Part shown: piece after piece, positions 1 through 8,064 of the stretch
Layout: every line of letters starts with the position of its first letter
Numbering within the stretch: position 1 is the first letter of the stretch
Virus record (IMG/VR): IMGVR_UViG_3300000060_000001
Origin: a virus
DNA: 43,240 nt
Direction: 5' to 3' (one strand)
The notes under the pieces: model-generated
Told to the model about the DNA's origin: nothing
The model's database searches: none
What the model saw: the letters and a program-made list of their open reading frames with translations, nothing else
Translations under genes and position numbers: made by a program

Positions 1-105
1 AGCAGCAGTCTCAACGTGGCAGTCGCTCACCGTCAAGTTACCCCAAGGGTTGCTGTATGCTGCTGAGGTGATAGGCTCCACAAGCGTAGCAGCACCCGCT
101 ATGTT
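1..105. repeat. End overlap. Nt 1-105 are identical to nt 43136-43240 (circular assembly closure; unique length 43,135 bp).
   Basis: Base-by-base comparison of both window ends. The overlap lies in frame inside the tailspike CDS. Confidence 0.9.
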
Positions 106-1563
106 GTCGTTGTGCTGAATCTCACCGCCAATCCACTTCAGGTTGGCACCTTTGACGTGTACTGTGTACTGCGTGACCACGGACAATGCACCCGGCCCAC
201 CGGACACTGCATCGAATCCGATGAAGCAGAGGTAGGTCTGTGTGCCCACTGCGCGTACTGCACATGGCGTGCCAGCAGTGTAGCCACCGACGAATTCCAT
301 CTCGGATACTAAGCCATCCGGGTAGCTCTCGTCACCGCACTGGATGCCGCAGAGCACGTCAGTAGCCGCCAACCCGTAGAAGGATGAGAAGCTAACACCG
401 TTACCTGTAGTCGTCCAGAACTTGAAGCCGCATTTGATGCCTATCTTGCTCTGGCCTGAAACCTCAAGCTTGCCGTTTATACGGATACCCTGAGAGTTAC
501 AGAAGCCCAGCACGTAGTCCCCTGTGTTGTACGTAGGGTACACATAAGCGTTACACACCAGATTAAGTCCGGCCACGTTAAGCCATGTCACGGGTGCGCT
601 AATCTTGAACAGCCCATTAACGTGGGCGGTAACCCACCCTACAGCCTGACAGGCGCTTGCGAATTTCTGCAGCGCGTCAGCGGAATCCACGGTATTCGTT
701 GGGTCTGCGCCAAAGTCGGCCACAGCATCCAGCTGGTACACAAAGCGATTAGCAAGCGATGCTGGCAGCGCGTCTACAGCTACCTTGTGCTGATACTTGA
801 CCAAGTCAGCGCCAGTGCCCTCGCCAAGCTGAGTACGCAGTGCTTTAATCTCAACCCATGCACCGGGGCCAATACCCCCGGAGTTCATAGGCGTCTGGCC
901 TGCAAACACAGTCTTAGGATACGCCCCGGTCCATGCGTACTGCACGCCAGCTGCGCGATACAGCAGCGATTGCTGCACTGTGGTGAGAGTCTGGCCCGTC
1001 TCGAATTTGCCGGACAGTAGGAAGCCTGACTCAACAGCCAGACGCTTCTGTATCTCATACTGGTTCAGGTTGGTGGTGGACAGCTCAGCGGCAACGCCTG
1101 CGGCTGAGTCTGTGTCAGGAAGCAGCAGCTGAGGATTACCCACTGAGTCGAAGCCTAGGTACTTACCAGCGCGCTCTTCCACATTGCCGATTACTGAAAT
1201 TTCTGGGTCTGAGTCCGGCACGCGCAGTGTGCGCGAGCGGGAGTAGTCGGTGATGTCCGAATACTCCTCAAACCCGTACAGCAGCTGGTCAAAGTCAGCA
1301 TCTAAGTTCTGGCCAGTGAAAGCTGCACCTTGACCAAAACGGTACAGCAGCTCCACTGGCGTCTTGCGGCGCAGCATAACGGACAGCCCAGAGGCCGGGG
1401 CAGTGCCAAACGTCACAGTCTTGGTTACATCGTTGATGGTGTAGCCAGTGGTCTGGATTGTGTTGTTCAGCCTGACCTCAATTTCGCTAGTGCTGAGCAT
1501 GTCGAATGTATACGCGTACGTGACCTCCGTCCCGTCAGCAATATACAGGTTATAGCTTGCCAT
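1..1563 (-). CDS. Tail fiber/tailspike, N-terminal 521 codons. The ORF runs off the window start and continues in frame at 43135. Full length is 754 aa.
   Basis: ATG at 1563 preceded by AAGGAG. N-terminus MASYNLYIADGTEVTYAYTFDMLSTSEIEVRLNN resembles the T7 gp17-type adaptor domain. Further in, DFGADPTNTVDSADALQKF is typical of the start of pectate-lyase-3/beta-helix depolymerases. The ORF is missing from the track because there is no stop inside the window. Confidence 0.85.
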   Translation of the reverse strand, partial: MASYNLYIADGTEVTYAYTFDMLSTSEIEVRLNNTIQTTGYTINDVTKTVTFGTAPASGLSVMLRRKTPVELLYRFGQGAAFTGQNLDADFDQLLYGFEEYSDITDYSRSRTLRVPDSDPEISVIGNVEERAGKYLGFDSVGNPQLLLPDTDSAAGVAAELSTTNLNQYEIQKRLAVESGFLLSGKFETGQTLTTVQQSLLYRAAGVQYAWTGAYPKTVFAGQTPMNSGGIGPGAWVEIKALRTQLGEGTGADLVKYQHKVAVDALPASLANRFVYQLDAVADFGADPTNTVDSADALQKFASACQAVGWVTAHVNGLFKISAPVTWLNVAGLNLVCNAYVYPTYNTGDYVLGFCNSQGIRINGKLEVSGQSKIGIKCGFKFWTTTGNGVSFSSFYGLAATDVLCGIQCGDESYPDGLVSEMEFVGGYTAGTPCAVRAVGTQTYLCFIGFDAVSGGPGALSVVTQYTVHVKGANLKWIGGEIQHNDNIAGAATLVEPITSAAYSNPWGNLTVSDCHVETAA

Positions 1564-1568
1564 ATTGG

Positions 1569-4500
1569 TTAGTCTCCTTTGACCGCTTCAGTCAGGGCGC
1601 GCACGCCGGGAACGATTGATAGTAGAGGTAGTGCCATTAATGTGTTACCTGTGGCTTGGCGGGCGTTGTTCATCACGCCCTCGGCGTCGCCTTGCAAGGC
1701 TGAGCGCCCTACGCCTGCTACGTTTCCTGCTACGCCATAGACACGGTCGAGGAACAGCAGGCCCGGCGCACCGAAGCTACGCTGCTGGCCAGTGAGCACG
1801 CCAGTAAACTCTGAGGCGAAGCCTATAGCACCAAGGTAGTTGAGAGCCTGTCCGGCAGTAGTGGTGATTGGTGACTTATCATCAAACCCCTTGCCAGATA
1901 TCACGTTGTTCGCAGCTGTGGCCAAGAACGCCAGTGGGTACTGATACGCCATGAGCGTAGCCATACCGAGCACACCGTCCCGGTTGATTGTGTTAACCAG
2001 AGTCTTGTTATGGGTAGCCGCTACGAAACGACGGAACGTGAACAGGAATTTACCTAGCGTGGAGAACTCAGCGAATGCCGGAATCTCCCCAAGGCGAGCG
2101 CGCACTACTGCGTCATCCATAGAGTTAATCATCACGACGCGGGCGCGGTTAAACACGCCCTCATCCCATGCGTCCAGCTTGGTGCCGTGTTTCGCTACCT
2201 GCGCCCGGATATCTGCCAGCAGCTGCGGGTTAGCCCCATAGCGCTGCATGGCTGCGATAGCCTTTGCGTCACCCTCTGCAGCCTTGCGCAGAGACTGAAC
2301 TACCAGTGCTGCGGTCGTACGCGTCTGGTGGAAGTGGATGTATTTCTGCATGTTAACGAACATGGTAGCATCGCGGGCGTGCTCCATACGCATAACCCAC
2401 GGTGTCTTATCCGCTGTGAACATGTCCTCGTAGTGCTCCATTACAGGACGCATACGAATGTCACCAGCCACTTGTGCTGTGAGGGCTTCCTCCACATCCA
2501 GCGCCAATTGACGACCTTCCAATGTAGTAGTTCTCAACTGAGCAAGAAGTGCGCGAGCTTCCGGTACTGTGCGCAGCATGTGCTTGACGGTGTTGACCAT
2601 GCCGAACCGCTGCATGATGGTGCCGTATTCGACCAGCTGCCACAATCCCGATGCAGCCAGACCAGTGGCCTGAGTGAGCGCTGAGAGCTGTCGCATGAAC
2701 TGCGGCATCTCTTCACCGACAGGAGCACCAAGGAAGTAGTTGAAGATGTTCTGCATATCGTTAACCGCTTGACGGCGCTGTACAGGGTCAGCGATGCTCT
2801 TTGACAGCTTCTCAATCATGGCAGAGCGCTCGGCATCCGAACCAAGCCCAGCCTGCTGCAGCGCAATGCGACCGTTAATACGGCGGTTGTAGCTGTCCAT
2901 CATGCTTGTGATACTGTCGTCAAACAGGTCACGCACCTGCACGCCGGGGGCAAGGTTATGCATCATGTCAATGTTGATACGACTCTTGAGCATTGGCGCT
3001 CTACCAGCGTCCTCGCCAGCGGAACGAAGGAGCGCTGAAGCACGGGCCTTGGCAGCCTCGTCGATTCCCGGCGCTTTGCTGATGATGTCGAGTAACTCAT
3101 CTGCACCTTCCTTGTTGATGATGTGACCTGAGTTGTCAATGCCGTAACCTTTACGGCGCGCGCGCTCAACCATAGCATACGCGATGACGTTGGCTGTAGG
3201 GCGGTCGCTCTTGATGCCACGCTGCACAGCTGTGGTCATCTGCTTCATGAACTCTTTCTTGCCGATGGCGGCTTCAATTTCCTCCACCTTGGACACGTTC
3301 ATTCGGCGCGGGTAGTAGTATGGGTTCTGCTTAGTGAAGCCCGGCTCTACCAGCCCGCTGCGCTCCAGCTCATCACCCACTGCACGGGAGTATTCCCCTA
3401 AGCGGTCCGTAGCCTGTGCCACACGCACGTTTGCACCCTTGAAGCTTGGGTCAATCATGCGGCGGTCCAGCTCAAGGCGCACAGCTTGCTCAAATTCCTG
3501 CTGCGCCCGGCGGTAGCCTACAGGGTCTTTGAAGCGCTGGATGTTGCCCCAGCCCTGTTCTGACAGAGCAGCGCGCAGGGTGTCCTCATATTGGTTCAGC
3601 AGCAAGCTGTGGCGGGCAGTAAGCTCGCGATGCACAGCAGCAGCGGACACACCCGATGGGTTAAGTGGGTCGTCCAGCAGACGCGCTGCGGCTGCCTCAC
3701 CTTCTGCCCCGTACCCTGCCACGCGTTTGAACAGGGAGAACTCAAGCCAAGGTCGTTTAGGCTGCGTGCCCAAGCCTTGCTGGGCTTGCTTCAAGCCTTT
3801 CGCAGCAGCAGCTTGTGCTGACGCAGGGACAGCCGATGCGCCCGGTGTAGGAGGAACATGTATACCTGCGGCCATAGCCACAGGCGAGCCAAACTGGCTA
3901 GGGTCAACATCAGGTGGATTGTTGGGGTCAAGTCCATTTCGTCTGGCAATCTCCGCTTTGAACTCTTCTGGAGTCATGTCCTCCAACCGCTTGGTTGGTA
4001 CAGGAGGTTTACCACGACCAATGACTGTAGCAGCGCCGTGCATGGCGGCTGCGAATATAATCTCGTTCTCTGAAATAGGGCGGGTGTCAGCTACCTGCGA
4101 CTGCACGCCAGCAGTGGCACCTGCACCGAGCGCCAGCGTAGCCATGCGCCCGGCCTTCACTGCCGTGGCTGCGCCAACCGATAACAGGTCAGCTGCCAGA
4201 TACAGAGGGTCTGCGAATTGCACGACGGCATTCATCAACGGGGCTGTCTGCGCCAGCTGCGCTCTGTTGCGCATGTCGGTCAGCTGGGATACTCGCCAAT
4301 CAAATTCTTGCTGTGAGGTAGACTTGAACAGGAAGTCCCGGTCATCCTCGCTAATAGGGATGCCCACAGTTTGCAGAGCCTCGTTGGGATGAAACTGTGG
4401 GTCTGTGGTGAAGCTTGGCTTATTGAACAGGGAATTGAATACACCGACGGTGTCCCAATTCTTCACGGAAGCCGACAAAGCCTGAGAGATTGGGGTGGCT

Positions 4501-4673
4501 TCGAGTTTCTGTTGGGTATCAAACTCATCTACAGCCGCCTGCCGTACAGCAGCCTGCAGCGGCGTGTCCAGCTCACTGGCCTTCACTGGCGCTGGTGCTG
4601 GGATGGTGAGCGTAGGAGCGTTGGCCCCTACTTTCGGAGCCATGAATTTCTCAAGGTCTTTGTCAGTAATCAT
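1569..4673 (-). CDS. Internal virion (core) protein C, T7 gp16 / phiKMV gp37 position, 1034 aa
   Basis: Size and position between internal protein B and the tail fiber. ATGA start/stop overlap with the upstream gene. Confidence 0.75.
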   Translation of the reverse strand: MITDKDLEKFMAPKVGANAPTLTIPAPAPVKASELDTPLQAAVRQAAVDEFDTQQKLEATPISQALSASVKNWDTVGVFNSLFNKPSFTTDPQFHPNEALQTVGIPISEDDRDFLFKSTSQQEFDWRVSQLTDMRNRAQLAQTAPLMNAVVQFADPLYLAADLLSVGAATAVKAGRMATLALGAGATAGVQSQVADTRPISENEIIFAAAMHGAATVIGRGKPPVPTKRLEDMTPEEFKAEIARRNGLDPNNPPDVDPSQFGSPVAMAAGIHVPPTPGASAVPASAQAAAAKGLKQAQQGLGTQPKRPWLEFSLFKRVAGYGAEGEAAAARLLDDPLNPSGVSAAAVHRELTARHSLLLNQYEDTLRAALSEQGWGNIQRFKDPVGYRRAQQEFEQAVRLELDRRMIDPSFKGANVRVAQATDRLGEYSRAVGDELERSGLVEPGFTKQNPYYYPRRMNVSKVEEIEAAIGKKEFMKQMTTAVQRGIKSDRPTANVIAYAMVERARRKGYGIDNSGHIINKEGADELLDIISKAPGIDEAAKARASALLRSAGEDAGRAPMLKSRINIDMMHNLAPGVQVRDLFDDSITSMMDSYNRRINGRIALQQAGLGSDAERSAMIEKLSKSIADPVQRRQAVNDMQNIFNYFLGAPVGEEMPQFMRQLSALTQATGLAASGLWQLVEYGTIMQRFGMVNTVKHMLRTVPEARALLAQLRTTTLEGRQLALDVEEALTAQVAGDIRMRPVMEHYEDMFTADKTPWVMRMEHARDATMFVNMQKYIHFHQTRTTAALVVQSLRKAAEGDAKAIAAMQRYGANPQLLADIRAQVAKHGTKLDAWDEGVFNRARVVMINSMDDAVVRARLGEIPAFAEFSTLGKFLFTFRRFVAATHNKTLVNTINRDGVLGMATLMAYQYPLAFLATAANNVISGKGFDDKSPITTTAGQALNYLGAIGFASEFTGVLTGQQRSFGAPGLLFLDRVYGVAGNVAGVGRSALQGDAEGVMNNARQATGNTLMALPLLSIVPGVRALTEAVKGD

Positions 4674-7363
4674 TCCTTCATACCTGCCAATAGTGTCTGT
4701 TCATAGTAGAGCTTGCGGCTGTCCTGAGACAGCTTATAAGCAGGAGTGGAGCGTAGTGCCTCTAAGGCTGCTGCATCGTCACCTACACGGATAGCGTCAG
4801 CCAGCTTGCCATAGGCACCGCTGTTGCGGTACCAATCGGAGCCAGCCTGATAGCCCATCTGCATCATGAACTGGAATTGCGCTGGGTTAGCTTTGTCCCA
4901 GCCCAGCGCTACTGCCTGTCCCGGCATCTGGCGGGCCACCATGTTGGTGTGGCCTACAAAGCTGTCGTGGATTGCGCGAGCACCCCACACAGTACCACCG
5001 CGTCCAGATGACGCTGTGGCATCCGCGTAGAACGGGCTACGGTCGGATATACCAACGCCGTTAGTAGACACACCCTGACTATCGCGGTACCGGGTGTTCC
5101 TGATACCTTCGAACTCAATCAGCTTGCCACGCGCCAGAAGCATCTGGTTCTCGTCAATGCCGCCTGTGTTAACCCCGTTGACACGAATGCCCACGTTGCT
5201 TGTTGGGTCGATGAATAGTTTCCCATCGCCGTAGACTTCATTTCCAGCCGTGGCTGCGGCACGGTCATTCTCTTCCATACGCTGGCGTACGGCCTGAGGT
5301 GATATCGAGTAGGTGTTCGGTGCGACGTCGCCTTCTTTGTTGAAGTACGTCACGTTCAAACTCCCATCGGGCTGGAATGAGTATTGGCTCTGGTAGCCCT
5401 CAGGAGCCTTGCTCTGGTCAAGCTGGCTGATAGCGCGACCAATACGGTCTGGCGCTGCCTCAGCTGGCAAGCCAAGCATAGACTGCACTGTCTGGCCTCT
5501 CGGCGCAACAACAACGGAGCCAGCGCTAAGCGCCGTCTCGCCCACACGCAGCACGCGGTTGGCCAGCTTTGCCGATGCCAAAGCCTCCATACCATCCTTG
5601 CTGATGTTGGGGTTCTTCAATACCACTGCTTGTAGTTCTTCGCGGTACGCCGCCGACACTTCAGCCAGCTCGCTAGCTGCTGTAACGTCACCCGATGCCA
5701 CGCGTGCTTGGTAAAGGTTGTGGGCAGTATCCGAGAAGATACCAGCCAGCCCCTGCCATGTGCGTGAAGCGAAGCCCTGTGCTTCCAAGCTATTAACTAC
5801 AGCGTTAACGTCAGCGTTACGCTGGCTAAGAATCGTGCTGCGCTGCGCCGGAGTCAAGCCAGCGTAATCCTGCTGCTGCTTGATGTAGCCCTGCCCTGCC
5901 TGATTCAAAGTCTTGCCTGAGCGAATCTGCTCACGCATGTACACCATCTTCTCTTGGTTGGACTCATCCAGCCCCGACAGAAGTTTAGTCCATGCGGTCT
6001 TGTCGCCGTTCATCTCTGCCACGGTAACGCGGTCAATCATTGTTCGAATGGTGCCTGCGGCGTCCGGGTTAAGCTCTTCAGTGGTGCCGAAGTTGGACAG
6101 TGCTGGCTCCAGCAGTTTAGCTGCCGTCTTGTAGGCTGTAGGGTAGCCCTGCTTGGCTCCCACAGTCAGCAGGTCGAATGCGACGTCAGTCGAAGACGCC
6201 CCGGCCCGCACACGCGCTTTGACGTACGCGTCAGCAGCATCCTGCTCGCTAGCGTCCATCTGCAGGATACCCGTCATATTGCCAGTGGCGTACATGTTGC
6301 CCAGCTGTGACGCTTTAGCCTGCTTGGCATAGTCCCTGTAGAACTGCTCGCTGTCTGCCATGTATCCCGATGCTGTCATCAATTTCTTGTTGACCATCTC
6401 CTGTTGAATCTGGGAGAACGTCTTAGGGTCAACATCGCCGTATAACTGCTGGCGAGCCTGAAGTTGCGAATACTGGTCCAGCAGGCCCATGTTATCCTGC
6501 ACCTCAGTGCGGTTGCGGGACTCGTTAATCTGGCCCTGCAATTTGGCAAGTGAGTCAGCTGGCAGCTCATTGAACAGCCCGGAGTTTACAGCCAGCTCCA
6601 CAGGCGTGCGGATGTCACGGGCCAGCATTAGGCTCATCATTGATGTGACCTGCTGCTGGCGTGTCTCTAGCGGCAGTTTCTCATCTGCCAAGATGGACTT
6701 AGCCCAAGTCATAGTCGCGGCTGTAGCCTGACCATACGCGTCTCCGTCACCTGTGGCTTTGGCCTGCGCCGCTAGATTCACGAGTGTGTTGCCCTGCGCG
6801 TTGTACATCTGGGCGCGCTGGTCAATCAGGTATTTGCCGTGCTGGGCGGCCTGTGTGCGAATCAGCGTGTTGCTGAATGTCAGCTGGTTTTCCAGCAGAG
6901 CCTTTCGCCCGCTCAGGGACATCCCATCAGTATTACTGTAGATGTCCGCTGTCTTATCGTTCACAACCTTGAGGAAATCCTCAGGCGTCATCTTCTGGTA
7001 CTCATGCATATTTGCCGAGATTTCAGAAGCGGCCTGCGCCATCTGCATGCGCTTATACTGGTCGTTGTAACCAGCTTTCTGGAACTGAGCAGTAAGCCAG
7101 TTGGAGTCCAAATCCTCCACGGCTTTGCCAGTGGCTGCAGCATTGGCACCCTTAAGGTACTCTTCCTCGTTGGTACGCTCAGTGATTACACCAGCTAGTT
7201 TACTGGCGGTGTCCATAAGACGCTGCAGCGCCTCAGGCTGCACCTGCCGGATGGTGGTGTCTCGTGGAGCAAGGCTATATGGCGTTTGGGCCTGCTGTAC
7301 AGATGGTGCTCCTTGCTGAGCTGCGTTCAAATTGGCTGGCCGCTGGTCGCGCATAGTAGCCAT
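4670..7363 (-). CDS. Internal virion protein B with a C-terminal GH24 lysozyme domain (897 aa from the ATG at 7363)
   Basis: GGAGG-N5-ATG at 7363; the track start at 7375 is TTG. The C-terminal motif EFEGIRNTRYRDSQGVSTNGVGIS matches the T4-lysozyme catalytic pattern E-G-x-R-x3-Y-x-D-x2-G-x2-T-x-G-x-G. Same size and architecture as phiKMV gp36. Confidence 0.85.
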   Translation of the reverse strand: MATMRDQRPANLNAAQQGAPSVQQAQTPYSLAPRDTTIRQVQPEALQRLMDTASKLAGVITERTNEEEYLKGANAAATGKAVEDLDSNWLTAQFQKAGYNDQYKRMQMAQAASEISANMHEYQKMTPEDFLKVVNDKTADIYSNTDGMSLSGRKALLENQLTFSNTLIRTQAAQHGKYLIDQRAQMYNAQGNTLVNLAAQAKATGDGDAYGQATAATMTWAKSILADEKLPLETRQQQVTSMMSLMLARDIRTPVELAVNSGLFNELPADSLAKLQGQINESRNRTEVQDNMGLLDQYSQLQARQQLYGDVDPKTFSQIQQEMVNKKLMTASGYMADSEQFYRDYAKQAKASQLGNMYATGNMTGILQMDASEQDAADAYVKARVRAGASSTDVAFDLLTVGAKQGYPTAYKTAAKLLEPALSNFGTTEELNPDAAGTIRTMIDRVTVAEMNGDKTAWTKLLSGLDESNQEKMVYMREQIRSGKTLNQAGQGYIKQQQDYAGLTPAQRSTILSQRNADVNAVVNSLEAQGFASRTWQGLAGIFSDTAHNLYQARVASGDVTAASELAEVSAAYREELQAVVLKNPNISKDGMEALASAKLANRVLRVGETALSAGSVVVAPRGQTVQSMLGLPAEAAPDRIGRAISQLDQSKAPEGYQSQYSFQPDGSLNVTYFNKEGDVAPNTYSISPQAVRQRMEENDRAAATAGNEVYGDGKLFIDPTSNVGIRVNGVNTGGIDENQMLLARGKLIEFEGIRNTRYRDSQGVSTNGVGISDRSPFYADATASSGRGGTVWGARAIHDSFVGHTNMVARQMPGQAVALGWDKANPAQFQFMMQMGYQAGSDWYRNSGAYGKLADAIRVGDDAAALEALRSTPAYKLSQDSRKLYYEQTLLAGMKE

Positions 7364-7364
7364 G

Positions 7365-8063
7365 TTAACCTCCAAAGATACCCGATGGTTTGTACCCGCT
7401 GTAGCTGGTATTGAAATCGCTGAATGACGCGCGTTGCGCCCAATTGGTTGATTGGAAGCCGGATGACATTACACCGTTAGGCTGCACACCACCCTGTGTA
7501 CCACCAGCAGAGCCTTGGTCCGAAGGCATGTAGTTGAAGCTGGTCTGCGCCAAGCTTGAGATAAACTGCATGGATGACACACCGATGGCGCGGCCAAGGA
7601 TAGCACCTGTACTGGTAGGCTTCTGAGAATATCGCTGGGATGCAACAGCAGTGTTTACTATGTCCTCAATGGACGTGTCCAAGTTCATCTCCTGTATAAG
7701 CTCGTTATACCGGGTCTGCGCTTGGCTCTCTTGGTTTTGACGCTGAATGTCAGATGCTGTCTCGTCTACAGACACACCCTCAACTCCGGCGGCGGCGGCG
7801 CTGTTAACGCTGGTGCCGTACGCCCGGTTGGCTTCCTTGCCGATGTTGTACAGGTCTGTCCCGGTCTGCTGGCGGAGTATGCCCCGCTGCAAGTTGACCG
7901 TGTTGATGCGCTGGGCCATCGCTGCCCACGACTGTTTATTAAGCCGCTCATTCTCCCGTTGAGTAGCGCGCATCTGCCCTTGCTCGGCTTTACCCTTAGC
8001 GTAGGTTTCAATAAACGAGTTAGTAGCATCTGCGCCAGCTTTGGCGAATGCACCCCAACCCAT
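7365..8063 (-). CDS. Internal virion protein A (T7 gp14 position), 232 aa
   Basis: Synteny between tail tube B and internal protein B. GGAGAA RBS. Q/S/G-rich sequence. Confidence 0.6.
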   Translation of the reverse strand: MGWGAFAKAGADATNSFIETYAKGKAEQGQMRATQRENERLNKQSWAAMAQRINTVNLQRGILRQQTGTDLYNIGKEANRAYGTSVNSAAAAGVEGVSVDETASDIQRQNQESQAQTRYNELIQEMNLDTSIEDIVNTAVASQRYSQKPTSTGAILGRAIGVSSMQFISSLAQTSFNYMPSDQGSAGGTQGGVQPNGVMSSGFQSTNWAQRASFSDFNTSYSGYKPSGIFGG

Positions 8064-8064
8064 A

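Noticed and set aside
1-105. Interpreting the identical window ends as the phage direct terminal repeat
   Set aside because: The repeat is in frame in the middle of the tailspike coding sequence. A physical end there would split an essential gene. It is an assembly overlap.
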